DNA of 64,000 nt from an uncultured delta proteobacterium (lineage in GTDB: Bacteria > Desulfobacterota > Binatia > UBA9968), in contig CAWDPO010000017.1 of NCBI GenBank assembly GCA_963804165.1, forward strand, positions 192,001-256,000. Direction: 5' to 3'. Of the stretch, positions 10,236 to 21,377 are shown one piece after another. Under the pieces are notes generated by a model that worked only from the letters and a program-made list of their open reading frames with translations, was not told the origin of the DNA and did not search any database. The position numbers and the translations under genes were made by a program. The number at the start of each line of letters is the position of its first letter. Within the stretch, counting starts at the first letter, position 1.

Positions 10236-11015
10236 TTATTGACTTTTTTCAGACAGCGGTTTCGCGGAATTTTGTTGGCAAGCGCCTGGCTTCTCCAGGT
10301 GAAAACCCGTGACTCTTAATGTCACCACCGAAATGGGCTCGCCCACATCATATGTCCCAGCTGCCTTGCTCGCTTCTATGTCAAGCCGGACCATTCTCTC
10401 GGCGAAACCGGATGGCTCTGCCGTCGCGGAAGTGCGCCACATCGGATTCTGTTTGACAATGCTATTGCGGCCCACCAAAAGCATATCGATTTGGGTTTTG
10501 CCTCGCGCTGGCAATGGGTTGATTGGTTGTGCATGTCCTTTGTCATCGAGCGTTGCGTTTGCAAACACTACCAGGGCTTCGTCTTTATCATCAAATCCCG
10601 CAAAGAAATAAGAAATTATGGCAAGGCCTTTGAGCCACCGGTCATACTCGCTTGGCGTCTCTTTTTTCGAGACTTCGACTAATCGCGGCATGACAGATTC
10701 AATCACTGCCTTGATGCTCTCCGCTGCTTGCCGAAGGAGCTTCGACCCCGTCCAGCTCCTCGGCTGCAAGTGAAAACAACCGATAGCCGATGGTTGGGGC
10801 AGCGTAGCGGCCAGCGGCACCAAAGCACATGCGATTGACGCAACGAATCTTACAAAACGGAAATTTGACAGGTTCTCCCGTTGTAGTGGTGTCTGATCCG
10901 ACGCCATCTGCCGCTAAGTGATCCACGTGTCTCCTATGATTGAAACGATGGACGTGCCAAATGTCTGGGAAAAGGAAAGAGTAAAAGAAAACCAATCCAG
11001 ACTGCCAATTGCCAT
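10236..11015 (-). CDS. proteasome-beta/Ntn-hydrolase-like protein with hydrophobic leader, frameshifted
   Basis: Rejoined frames read G|TSIVSIIGDTWI.LAADG...CKI...FGAAG...FAGFD...DVGEPISVVTL. Confidence 0.6.
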
Positions 11016-11321
11016 CTAATCCTACTACGCGGTGACAAAGTTTTTAGACATTGAGCGGCTTTACGCATCCGGTCGGTATCTCTCAAATCCACCGCCGCAC
11101 CGCGTTCATCGACGCGTTGAGCAGGTCGCCATCTCGCGTCCTCGTTCTCGGCGTCCAGCGCCATCTTGAACTGCGCGACGGGCCACTTCTCCGCAACGTA
11201 GGGCTCGATGAACTCCAGCGCCGCGAAGACCTGCGGCGTCCGCATGTCCTGTTCCCGGCAGCGAACAAAGGCATCGGCCAATGTCGAGATGGCGGAGCTC
11301 GACGTCCACGGCGGTTTTATC

Positions 11322-11519
11322 TCAGCGCAAGTAGACCCTCATGACGGGGCGGCCGCCCTCGAACGCTGCCTCGTCCATGTACTCGCACACGACCTCCCTG
11401 GACAGTGTGACCACGCGCCCGTCGGCCCGCCGGAAGATCACCAGCCACATGTCGCCGCCGCCCTCCCACGGCTCGCCGTCCAAGGCCTCGGCTACTGTTT
11501 TCGCTCGGTCTTCGTCCAT
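11322..11519 (-). CDS. hypothetical protein
   Basis: 65 aa ORF with AAGGAG RBS. Confidence 0.55.
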   Translation of the reverse strand: MDEDRAKTVAEALDGEPWEGGGDMWLVIFRRADGRVVTLSREVVCEYMDEAAFEGGRPVMRVYLR

Positions 11520-11613
11520 GGTTGGCTCCTTTCTCCGCTCACTCCGTCACGACCAAGCACGCGGGAGCGCCTGGAATCGCCGTAGCCGAGCAAGCTTCTC
11601 ACCCGTTCGCGGT

Positions 11614-11900
11614 CTATTTCGAGCTCCGCTTGAACCACGCCCAGAATTCCTTCTCCCCATCGGTGATCAGTTTGTCGGCATAGTCGTCCCACGTCTTGGG
11701 TTCCGCTGTCCGGGTTTGGGTTCGTAGAACTGATCCAGGTCTCGCAGGTTTCGGTCTCCGGTCGAATAGCAGACAACTTCTTTCCCTTTCCACCGCATCA
11801 CCCAAGCCCCGTGGGGTGGTCGATCTTTCCGCTCATACTCCATCGTTCCGCCATGGTCTTCCATGACCTCGCAAAGTTGCCAGTAAGCCCAACATGCCAT
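11614..11900 (-). CDS. hypothetical protein (frameshifted)
   Basis: GAGGAGG RBS; ORFs 11667-11900 and 11614-11805 overlap and appear to be one gene. Confidence 0.45.
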
Positions 11901-13440
11901 TATATCGCCCTCCTCGAAGTCGCCGGTCTGGCGCTCATGCGTATTTATCAGTCGCCACCCTGGATAGCGCGCTCTTCGTGCGATGCAGGTAGGCCGTTAC
12001 CACGTTCCCGCCGAGGATACCGGAAACTCAACCACATGCTCGCGGGTGGAAATTGTTCCTCATCCTAATGTTCGCCCCGCCAGAAACTCGAATGAGCCCC
12101 TGCGAACCAAACGCATGCGCGAAAGTATTTCTCGGTTTCTTCTGGAAAAGCCCCGTGGTTCCACGCACCCGTGTAGCCGTGGGGATGACTGACTTCTCAG
12201 CTCCGCTGTATCAACGTCACTACCGACTGTCTGCTTTATATCCGCGTGGATGTCCCGATAAAGTTGGTCATCGACTTGGACTGTGAAGAATACCCGCGAC
12301 ACCATATGGTCGTCGTCGCTCCCGTATTCCTGCGCTCTTGAACAAGTTTGTGAAACATCACTTTAACCGTGGGCATCAGCAGTTCCTCCGACCCGCAACA
12401 AAATATATCCCGATGCTCGACTATTGTTTCACCACCACCCGAGCTGCGCCGACGTTATCAAGCCCGTGGAAAAAGGAAAGGAAAAAAGCGACGGCCCGGT
12501 CGATGCGCAGTTCGAAATGCAACTGGCTGAAACTTTTGGGGAACCTCGCGTCGCCGGCGCACTGACGGAGTTTCGCGGATTGGCCCTGGGAAATTCTTGC
12601 TCAAGACGCTTTCGGCGTTCGCGCCCCGGTGATAGCCTCCGTCCCGAAAGGGGTAGCGCAATGGGAGAGAAAGGCGAAAAGACGCAAAAAGAGGCGGCGC
12701 GACTCGCGCCTCTACCTGAAAAAGAACCTCGACGTGTTTATAAAAAAAGCTGGAGGCAGTACGCCGAATTATGGAGCGCGTCGACGAATCCGAGATGTCG
12801 CCTGAAATGGCATCCTACGCGATAAGGATAATGGCGACGGTAAAAAAAGTGGAACGTGAGATGGCCGAGATATTCAAGAAAGACAAAGCGAACCGGAAAA
12901 AGCTGCGGACCGTGAAATGATAACGCGCCCTGTTACACGTGTAACAACCGGGGGTCGCGCAGCTTGCCACTACGCACGAACGCGGCCTGCTCCCGCCTGA
13001 TTCAGCTCCTCCACCACCGCTTGACAAGCGGCCATCGTCTACAGGATGATTCGCCCCATGGGCAAGAGAATCCTAGCGGCTGTCCTAATCGTCGGCTGCA
13101 TAGGACTCACGGATTCTTTTGGCGGACGACCCGGGCTCTCTTAAGTAATGCCGCCTACTCCGCCTCAAATCCGCCGAGGGCAGCCCACAACATTCCGCTG
13201 TCGCAGCACGGCCGAATCCAACGATTGTGTTTCTCGCCGACGAGTCGGTCCCGTGCTCCGTGTTCCTGGTCAGCACCTTCCACCGCCAGTTTCGGCTTTC
13301 CTGGCTGAACCATACATTTCTGATTGAGCAAGTCTCCCTTTCTGGCACCCGTGTCTCTGCCGGACGGCGCTTCGCAAACGCCGCGCCGGTGACCGCTGTT
13401 TTCCCTAAAACAGGCAACGGCCCGATGAAAGGGTGGCGGT

Positions 13441-13710
13441 ATGCAACTACGAATCTGTCCAAGCATTTTGAATTGGCCTCCGCAGTGGAGTCGCATATAC
13501 GGCGACGGCGAGTATCCGAAAGACGACACGAGCGTATTGGAGGAAGTGTATCCTTCAAACGTGATGAGCAATCAGTGCTATCTAATCGTTCGGCACCGCA
13601 AGAGTCGTTACCTGGGGACCCTGCTGTTTGACGACGAGTCTTCCTGCAAGAAGCTACTTGCCCTCTTGAGCAGGCATTGCGGGACTCTATTGAGAGAATT
13701 GGCGAGCTAG
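13441..13710 (+). CDS. hypothetical protein
   Basis: 89 aa ORF with WPPxW and YxGxLLFDD patterns; function unknown. Confidence 0.5.
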   Translation: MQLRICPSILNWPPQWSRIYGDGEYPKDDTSVLEEVYPSNVMSNQCYLIVRHRKSRYLGTLLFDDESSCKKLLALLSRHCGTLLRELAS

Positions 13711-14194
13711 ATGTCGATGTGTGACCGTTGCGAATGACCTTGAGCACGTCCGCCAGCTTACAACGGACACCCCTTCGAGCCGCGTTTCCTACTTACTTTG
13801 AAACTACCTCAATGAGGCGCGTGCGATGGCCCACCGGACAATAATAGAAGCCGTCGGAATTCCGGAGCAGTTCAAGGCCGCATGGCTTTTGATTCACGAA
13901 CACAGAGCAGGTCCTCACTCGGGGAACGCATGGAGGTCCGTGCATTCCGTACACACGAATCCCTCTAGCGGATTCTCCGATTCGATGTAGTTATTTGCAG
14001 GCCACGTCGTGCAATTGAAATGGGAGTGCCACACGGCACCACTCATTGGTTTTCGGTAGGTAGGCAAAAGGGTGCCTAGATTGATTGTATGGCTTCAGAT
14101 TTCCGGCACAAGGGGGTTTTGATAATAAAAGCGAACCCCTGTCGCAGCGCATGAGCTTTTAGAACCCTGAGCTGCGTTTCTTTGAAAATATCTT

Positions 14195-14464
14195 TTAGTT
14201 TTTTGGAAGCAGGACGGCGGGGATGAAGACATCACCTCGGAGTTGCGTCTGTGAATACCTGCGCTTGCGCTGCAGCGAGATACAATTCGCGCAAACCTCG
14301 ACATGGGGTGGCAGTCCCCGTGAGACGACGAGGTCGAAACCTCTCGGCCACTGAAGGCACTGGTCGGAGTAGTGCCATACCTGCGAGTCTATGTCTCGGC
14401 GGTATTCCATGACGGCCCAAAGCTGTTTTGTGTGTGATACTAGACTAGGCGCAGGTTCGGCCAA
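14195..14464 (-). CDS. hypothetical small Cys/His protein
   Basis: YRR..VWH..QCLQWP...CANC pattern; the true start is probably the internal Met. Confidence 0.4.
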   Translation of the reverse strand: MAEPAPSLVSHTKQLWAVMEYRRDIDSQVWHYSDQCLQWPRGFDLVVSRGLPPHVEVCANCISLQRKRRYSQTQLRGDVFIPAVLLPKN

Positions 14465-14812
14465 GGTTCAAGGGGGTTGTCAGATTTTTGACAAATGCCC
14501 CGATGACCTTTGGTCGCTTATGTCGCTTTGGTCGCAGCCGCGTCGGCTGCGCGATGCCGCCGGATGACCTTGAGCACCGCGTCGTCCGGCAGGTTTGCGA
14601 GCAGTTTTCCCGCCTGCCGGAGTATCCACGCCTCCATTCTGCACCTATCACGGCAGAACCGGTGCGGCTCCATGCGCACGATGCCGGTTTGCTGAAACGG
14701 CGCACCACAGAGAGGTGACTCGCATGTGTCCGTGGAATACCTTCACCTGTGTTTAATACAAAGCTTAAACGCTTCTATTTTTGATCTTCTGTCACAGTGT
14801 GGAGTAGACTAG

Positions 14813-16820
14813 CCCTACTTCGCGGATTCGATGCTAGGTAAAATAATATCGCTCGTGTAAGTGGTTGGATTAAGAAAAATGTGGTGAGCCGAAGCAGGCG
14901 AAACGGCTTGTAGTGCAGACCTACCCTCTGTCCAAGCTCAGCAGGATGTGGATAATCCAAGGGCATCATGTTCCTGCGCTGCTCAGCCCGCAAGAAAGAC
15001 GGCAAAGAACACCGCTACTTTAGCATTGTCGAGAACAAGCGCGTGGCCGATGGGCGCGTGGTGCAACGCCACGTGTTGTATCTGGGCGAGATCAATTCTT
15101 CACAAGAGTTGGCGTGGCGTAAATCGATTGAAGTGTTCGAAGACGGCCAGGAGCGACCGAGCACGCTGGCGTTGTTTCCCACAGATCGCTGTGAAGCGGT
15201 GATCGCTGATGAGTCGGTGGTGCGGGTGCGGTTGTCGGAGTTGGAGCTTGCGCCGGCCACGCCAGTGGGGCGCGTGCTGGCTGGTGGTCAAGCTGTGGCA
15301 GGAGTTGGAGCTGGATCGATTCTGGAGCGAGCGTCTTTCTCCCAGCCGCAAAGGGACGCGCTGGGATCAAGTGCTGTTAGTGCTGGTGGCCTACCGTCTG
15401 ATCGCACCGGGGCAGCGAGTGGCGGCTTCACCGCCAGTGGTTTGGAGGCTGTGCACTCGGTGATTTGCTCGGAGCGGACTTCAGCCTGGCGGAGTCCCAC
15501 AAGCTCTATGCCTGCCATGATCTTTTGCTGGAACACAAACAGGCGTTGTTCGATCATCTGGTAGGGCGCTGGCGCGATCTGTTCAACGCCAGCTTCGAGG
15601 TGCTGCTCTATGATTTGACCAGCACCTATTTTGAGAGCGATCCGCCGCAAGATGAGAACGACAAGCGGCGCTTTGGCCACAGCCGCGACAAGCGCAGCGA
15701 CTGTGTGCAGGTGGTGATCGCGCTGATCGTGACACCGCAGGGTTTTCCGCTGGCCTACGAAGTGCTGGCGGGTAACACTTCGGACAAAACGACGCTGAGG
15801 GAGTTTTTGCAAAAGATCGAAACCCAATACGGCAAGGCCGAGCGCATCTGGCTAATGGATCGGGGCATCCCGACCGAAGCAGTGCTCCACGAGATGCGCC
15901 ACAGTGGTCCGCCGGTCAAGTATTTGGTAGGTACGCCCAGGGGACGTTTAACCCGGTTAGAGAAGCAACTTGTGGATAAGCCCTGGCGCAGCGCGCGACC
16001 CGGAGTCAAAGTGAAACTGTTAGCGCAACAAGGCGAGCTGTACGTACTGGCCGAGAGTCAGATCGGATCGCCAAGGAGCGCTCGATGCGCCGGCGCCGAC
16101 TGAAGTGGCTGTGGGCAAGGCTCAAGCAACTGAGCGCCATGACGCTCACGCGTGAAGAACTCCTCATGAAGCTCGGCGCGGCAAAACAGGCAGCCCCCAG
16201 TGCTTGGCGCTAAATCAAAATAGAGGTGGCCAAACCAGGCGCCTCTTTCACCTATCGCTTGCACAGGGAAAAACTGCGTCGAGCGCGGCGACGCGAAGGG
16301 CGCTACTTGCTGCGCACCAATCTGACCGAGAGCGATCCGGCCAAGCTGTGGAGCTTGTACCTGCAACTGGTGGCGGTGGAAGAGGCGTTCAAGAACCTCA
16401 AGGGCGATCTGGCGATCCGGCCGATCTTTCATCAAAACGAAAAGCGTGTCGAAGCGCACATCTTCGTATCGTTTCTGGCCTATTGTCTGCACGTGACGCT
16501 GGGACAACGGTTAGGTTCGCTCGCGCCAGGACTGACGACACGCAGTGTGCTGGAGCAGTTCGCCGCTATGCAAATGATCGACGTGCATCTGCCTACCACC
16601 GACGGTCGCCAGGTCATTCTTACGCGCACCAGCCAACCCCAGCCCGAACTAAGATTGCTGTTGGACAAACTCAAGCTACAACTACCGGCACAACCGTCGC
16701 CCAAGATCAGCGCTGCTCAAGCCACCTCAGCCACTGCTCTGTAGTGCAGACCTTTGGGAGTCACTGATTGATTTATCAACTACTTATAACCTTTGAACCC
16801 CGCGAATCCGCGAAGTCGGG
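14813..16820 (+). mobile_element. IS1634-family insertion sequence
   Basis: 18-bp terminal IRs CCC(T/G)ACTTCGCGGATTCG, flanked by CTAG duplication (14809-14812, 16821-16824). Confidence 0.92.
14968..16744 (+). CDS. IS1634-family DDE transposase (several frameshifts)
   Basis: KDGKEHRY..VEN.RV, LYDLTSTYFE, GHSRDKRSDC.QV, MDRGI, VEEAFKNLK.DL.IRPIFHQ...RVEAH. Confidence 0.92.
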
Positions 16821-17309
16821 CTAGCCTTCGTCCGCCTCGTCGCTCTCAACAGCGTGCACGGAGTCATCCTCGTCCGGCTCGTTGAACAACTCCTCCAATG
16901 TCTTCGGCGTAGACTCCTTGCGCTGCAACCCGAGCGCGGACAGGTTGCGCGCAAGGTTGCTCAGGATAGGCGTCCGGTACGAGTACAGCTGTGATAACGC
17001 TTTAGGGTTGTGCTTGACGGCTGGAACTCTCTTGATGACGCGGACGATTCTCGTATCTACCTCGTCCAACATGTACAGGTCGCGCCCGACTAGCTCGACC
17101 ATGATCTTTTCAGCAGTGCTCGCGTTCTTCGCACCGCCCAAGTCTTCGAGCAACCCCGCCTGCGCAGCGACCGCGTTCTGCCCCGCGTGGCTGCGCATGT
17201 CGATGAACGACCGACCCCTGCGCGTGCGCCGTTTGATTCGATTACGCAACGTCACGATGCCGTGCGTCTCGTGGTTCTTGTTACGTTTGGGTGCGCCCCT
17301 GTCGGCCAT
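16821..17309 (-). CDS. terminase small subunit-like hypothetical protein
   Basis: N-terminal GAPKRNKNHETHG resembles the GAPxGNxNAxKHG motif of phage TerS proteins; DLGG and LGLQR helical body; acidic tail. Confidence 0.5.
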   Translation of the reverse strand: MADRGAPKRNKNHETHGIVTLRNRIKRRTRRGRSFIDMRSHAGQNAVAAQAGLLEDLGGAKNASTAEKIMVELVGRDLYMLDEVDTRIVRVIKRVPAVKHNPKALSQLYSYRTPILSNLARNLSALGLQRKESTPKTLEELFNEPDEDDSVHAVESDEADEG

Positions 17310-17710
17310 ATACGTGTTACCTGGATGCGCTAGACGGTGCCGCTCATAGTGCGAAATGACGTTGACAGTTCATTGACAGCGGTGAAAAACATTTTCTAAC
17401 TCAACGGCTTAGAACGGTCCATTTTATTTGTAATAAACCTCAAGCCGCCTTTTGTCGGGGACCTGTCCCCCCGGTGGCGGTGTATTTTTGCCCAACTCGA
17501 AATGTCCCCGGCGCGGCAGATCGCCTGTTGTGCGCCGCCTCCCGTCGCTCGTTCTCAGGTGTAAATCTTTTGTAAATGTTCTGGCGAAAAAGGACCGCAA
17601 ATATCAGCAAACCGTGGGGAGTGGGCGGACGAATTGCATTGACGATTCTTGTTGGGGTATGTGTAGTTTTCCTGCGTTGCGCATATAAACAATAAAAGGA
17701 GGACGGGGTT

Positions 17711-18076
17711 ATGGCAAAGATCAGACATATTGCGATCAAGGTGGAAGATCAGGAGAAGACCGCCGAGTTTTACAAGAAAACTTTCGGCATGACCGAAGCG
17801 TGGCGCGGGCCGGTGCGCGATGATGGCAATCGCGCGATCTATCTCACGGACGGCTACATCAACATGGCGGTTTTGCCGGCACGCGGCGGTCGAGAAGGAG
17901 TCGATCATTTTGGTTTTCAGGTGGAGAACATGGAAGAAACTCTCAGCAGCGCGCAAGCCTCCGGTGCCAAAAGCGAAGCGGATAAGAAGCCGCGCGATGG
18001 CCGCTTTGCGGAAATGGGTGTCCACGACCCCGCAGGCCAACTGGTCGATGTCACCGTGCATGGATGGAAGTCGTAG
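17711..18076 (+). CDS. VOC/glyoxalase family protein
   Basis: KIRHIAI, YLTDGYINMAVL, GVDHFGFQV, DPAGQLVDV. Confidence 0.9.
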   Translation: MAKIRHIAIKVEDQEKTAEFYKKTFGMTEAWRGPVRDDGNRAIYLTDGYINMAVLPARGGREGVDHFGFQVENMEETLSSAQASGAKSEADKKPRDGRFAEMGVHDPAGQLVDVTVHGWKS

Positions 18077-18268
18077 AGAATCGTCTTAGAAGTTCGTTTA
18101 AAAAGTCCGAACGATGGCAGCAGCTGAGGTGAACTCAAATCCCCCCTTGGTCCCCCTTTTTCAAAGGGGGAATTTTCTCCGTGCGATTTTCACCCCTCTT
18201 TTGCTAATTAAGAGGGGAAGGGGAGATTTTCGGACAGAATACAGCGTACTTCTGAGACAGGACACTAG
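18074..18268. repeat. REP doublet enclosed by terminal inverted repeats (MITE/REPIN-like)
   Basis: AAATCCCCCC..CCCCCTTTTTCAAAGGGGG and CCCCTCTT..AAGAGGGG..GGGAGATTT, bounded by GTCTTAGAAGTTCG / CGTACTTCTGAGAC. Confidence 0.65.
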
Positions 18269-18409
18269 AGAATTGCAAGAAGTATTTCTCGGCTCCTGGT
18301 CCCCCAGCTTGGCTATGAAAAGGATGATGGTTGGGTTAGAGATTAGCGGCGTCACGCGAAGGTTTGCTGTGAGATACGGTGAGAACATAGTCCGATTTTA
18401 CAGGGAGAT

Positions 18410-19411
18410 ATGAAAGGCATCATCGTCATTATCGCTGCGGCGCTCCACTTCTCGCTCGGATCAGTCGTTTCAGCGCAGGGTGCTGAGCCAGTCAAAGTTC
18501 TAATCGCGCACGGCGCCATCAGCAGTAACGTGGAGCCGTTGTGGATCGCCAAGGAGCAGGGGATCTTTCGTAAATACGGCATCGACGCTGAGCTGGTTTT
18601 CATCATTGCCGGCCGGGCGATGCAGGCGATGTTGGCGGGGCAAGTGCCGGTGGGCCTGGTCGGCGCAACCCATGTCGTAAACTCGAACACCGGCGGCGGC
18701 GACTTCACGATGATTCTCGGGCTGCAGAACTCGCTCGATTATCTTTTCATCGCGCGGCCGAACATCAAGAGCGCCGAAGATCTCAAAGGTAAAAAGATCG
18801 CGATCGGGACTCCGTCCGGCTCCGCGTCGCTTGCGACCTACGTAGCGCTCGACTATCTCGGATTGAATCCGCGACGCGATAACATTGTCCTGCTCGGTAT
18901 CGGCGGGGTTCCGGAACGGCTCAGCGCTTTACGCGCCGGTAGCGTCGAGGCGACCAGCCTTTCACCGGAATTCGGCCAAGTGGTGGTCAGCGAGGGCTAT
19001 CGCGTATTGCTGAACACCTCGAAAGAGAACGTGCCGTTTCAGTCGTCCGGTATGGTCGTTTCTCGCAACATGATGAAGTCGAATCCCCTGCTGGTCGAAA
19101 ATATCGCCAAGGCGACGATCGAAGGTGTTGCATTTGTGCACAAACCTTCGAACAAGGAGATCGTTCTCAAAAGCTTGGCGCGCAATCTTCGGCTAAGCAA
19201 GCAAGAGCAGGTGGAAAAGGCATATCAAATCATGGTCGCGGAGCTCCCGAAAAAGCCGTGTCCGACGATGGATGGCGTAACTTCCGTCATTAAACTCATG
19301 GCGCAACATGGCCTCAATGCAAGAGCATCGCAGATCAAAGCGGAAGACATCGCGGACTTGGGATTATGCAGAAAATTGGATGAGAGCGGATTTTTTAGAA
19401 GTCTGTATTAG
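18410..19411 (+). CDS. ABC transporter substrate-binding protein, NMT1/SsuA-like
   Basis: PLWIAKEQGIF, DLKGKKIAIG. Confidence 0.9.
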   Translation: MKGIIVIIAAALHFSLGSVVSAQGAEPVKVLIAHGAISSNVEPLWIAKEQGIFRKYGIDAELVFIIAGRAMQAMLAGQVPVGLVGATHVVNSNTGGGDFTMILGLQNSLDYLFIARPNIKSAEDLKGKKIAIGTPSGSASLATYVALDYLGLNPRRDNIVLLGIGGVPERLSALRAGSVEATSLSPEFGQVVVSEGYRVLLNTSKENVPFQSSGMVVSRNMMKSNPLLVENIAKATIEGVAFVHKPSNKEIVLKSLARNLRLSKQEQVEKAYQIMVAELPKKPCPTMDGVTSVIKLMAQHGLNARASQIKAEDIADLGLCRKLDESGFFRSLY

Positions 19412-19442
19412 ATGATGGAGTGATGGAGTACTGAAAGGCTGG

Positions 19443-20278
19443 GTGAATGAAGTGAAATCACCTTTGGATGGACAGACGGCGCTAATGCCGGATGAGTTTA
19501 TCGCGGCGATCTGGCTGGAGCGGCGGCGCTACGTGCGCGAAGGCCGGATCAAGCAGCCGCACCCCTGGCGGGTTGCGTTGAGCCAAGGACAAGTGTCACG
19601 CCAGGCCCTCATCGAATATGTGAAGAACCGGTATTACTTCCTCGCTAACATCAATAGGAAAGACGCGCAGGTGATCGCCAATTGTCCGATTTCAGACGCG
19701 CGCCGCATGCTGTTGAGGAAATACATCGACGAAGAAGGGCAGGACGTCGCCGGCGGACCGCTGGGACCGCACTATGACATGTGGCTCAAGGTTTCGGATG
19801 CACTCGGTGTTCCGCGTGAGGTAATGCAGAGCTTCGCAGACGTTTTGCCAGTTTACCGCTACACGGTGGATGCCGTTTTTAATTTCGCCAAATCGCAAAC
19901 ATGGATTGAAGGGGTCGCCGCGACCTACGCCACCGAAGGGCGAATGTGGAAACGCTATACGCCTAAAGCAAGAACATAAAGAAGACGGACTGTTGAATGA
20001 AGGCGAGGCGCTGAAGCGTCATTATGGGCTATCCGAATGACGCGCTGCTGTTTTATCATGTGCACAGCGATGCCAACGACGAGCACGGCGATATCAACGA
20101 AGCGATTCTGAAGGCGCATTGCACGACCGCCGAGCTTCAGGAAAAGGCGTTGGCTGCCGCGCGTTTTCGCTGGGAGAATCAGGAAACGCGCAGCGATATT
20201 ATTTGCCGTTACTTTGTGCTTGGAGAGAAGTCAGCGAAATTGCAGGAAGGAAATTCGAGTAACCCCGACTCTAACTGA
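19443..20278 (+). CDS. PqqC/TenA/CADD (heme-oxygenase-like) family protein, frameshifted
   Basis: HPW, NRYY, RKDA, DEEG..H, FYHVH..ANDEHG. Confidence 0.75.
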
Positions 20279-20307
20279 ATTCTGCGGAAGGGCGACCTCT
20301 GCCAATT

Positions 20308-21339
20308 ATGACTGATCATCGAAATAATATGCTCGTTTTGCTGTTCGGCTTTTTCGCGATGATCGTTCCGTTCCATGGGGCGCGAGCCCAGCAGTTGGAG
20401 ACGCTCAATGTCTCCTACGCATCGGTCACCGGCAGTCGGTTACCGTTGTGGGTCGCCAAGGAAGCCGGGCTGTTCGAAAAGTACGGCCTCAACGTGAATT
20501 TGGTGGTCATCGCGGCCGGGGCGGCGGCGATGGGCGCATTGGCGGGCGGCGACGTGCAGATTCTCGGTGCGCCGGGAGCGACGACAATGGTTTCGGCGGC
20601 GCGAGGCCTTCCGGTGACCATCATCGGCACGTTCGGTCCCGGCTCTTGGAAGTTGGCAACCCATCCCGCGATCACCACTGTGCAGGACCTCAGAGGCAAA
20701 ACGGTCGGCATCAGCCGTCTTGGAACCAGCATCGAGTTTCCACCAGAAGGGCGTTGCTCAAGCTGGGACTTACGCCCGGCAAGGATGTCAACATTCTCGC
20801 CACCGGTTTGGCGTGAATCGAACAAGCGCATCTTGATCATGTTGCAGGGCAAGATCGACGCGACGTTGATCAGCGCAGACAATCTCGTCGAAGCGGAAAC
20901 CAAAGGTTTGAAAGTCAATGTTCTCGCGGACCTGAACGAGATGGGGATCTTTACGAGTGCAAGCGATCTGTCGGCGCGGCGCGATTTTCTCAAGAACCAG
21001 CGCCAGCGCGCGCGAGCTTTCATGATGGCCTACTCGGAAGCGATTTGGGTTGGCAAGACCAACAAAAACGTGGCCCTGGGGAGTTTTCGCAGATATTTGA
21101 AAGAGCAGGATCCGCGCCGCCTTGAAGCGCTTTATAAAAGTTATGCCGTTGACGGCCCGCCGTTGAAGCCCTATCCGATGGAGGAAGCGATCCAAAATGA
21201 GCTCGAAAATCTAACCCCGACGGTACCGGAGCTGCGCGGCAAACGCGCTGCAGATTTCGTCGATAAGAGCATTCTCACCGAGATGGAGCGCGAGGGATTC
21301 TTTACTCAACTCACGACCAAATACGGCAAACTGCAATAA
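20308..21339 (+). CDS. ABC transporter substrate-binding protein, NMT1/SsuA-like
   Basis: PLWVAKEAGLFEKYG, DLRGKTVGISRLG; a compensating frameshift pair is likely near 20740-20815. Confidence 0.88.
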   Translation: MTDHRNNMLVLLFGFFAMIVPFHGARAQQLETLNVSYASVTGSRLPLWVAKEAGLFEKYGLNVNLVVIAAGAAAMGALAGGDVQILGAPGATTMVSAARGLPVTIIGTFGPGSWKLATHPAITTVQDLRGKTVGISRLGTSIEFPPEGRCSSWDLRPARMSTFSPPVWRESNKRILIMLQGKIDATLISADNLVEAETKGLKVNVLADLNEMGIFTSASDLSARRDFLKNQRQRARAFMMAYSEAIWVGKTNKNVALGSFRRYLKEQDPRRLEALYKSYAVDGPPLKPYPMEEAIQNELENLTPTVPELRGKRAADFVDKSILTEMEREGFFTQLTTKYGKLQ

Positions 21340-21377
21340 CACGTTTCTCGACGTGGTGGGTCACGGCGCGCGCGGTG

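Larger units (their letters stand above)
6300..17450. mobile_element. accessory island / phage-satellite-like remnant (boundaries approximate)
   Basis: Abrupt switch from metabolic genes to short hypothetical ORFs, RHH gene, cassettes, IS1634 and a TerS-like gene; IHF-site-like TCAACG(A/G)CTTA near both ends (~6340, ~17401); no integrase or att repeat found. Confidence 0.55.

Noticed and set aside
12560-12660. Hairpins with TTCG and GAAA loops as a riboswitch or ncRNA
   Set aside because: No known motif recognised and short stems are common at this GC content; it needs an Rfam or covariation search
8663-13933. Repeated ACTC(A)GGGG(G)AACGCATGG at ~8663 and ~13917 as att sites
   Set aside because: Only 13 bp match exactly, which is expected by chance in 64 kb, and the flanks do not extend
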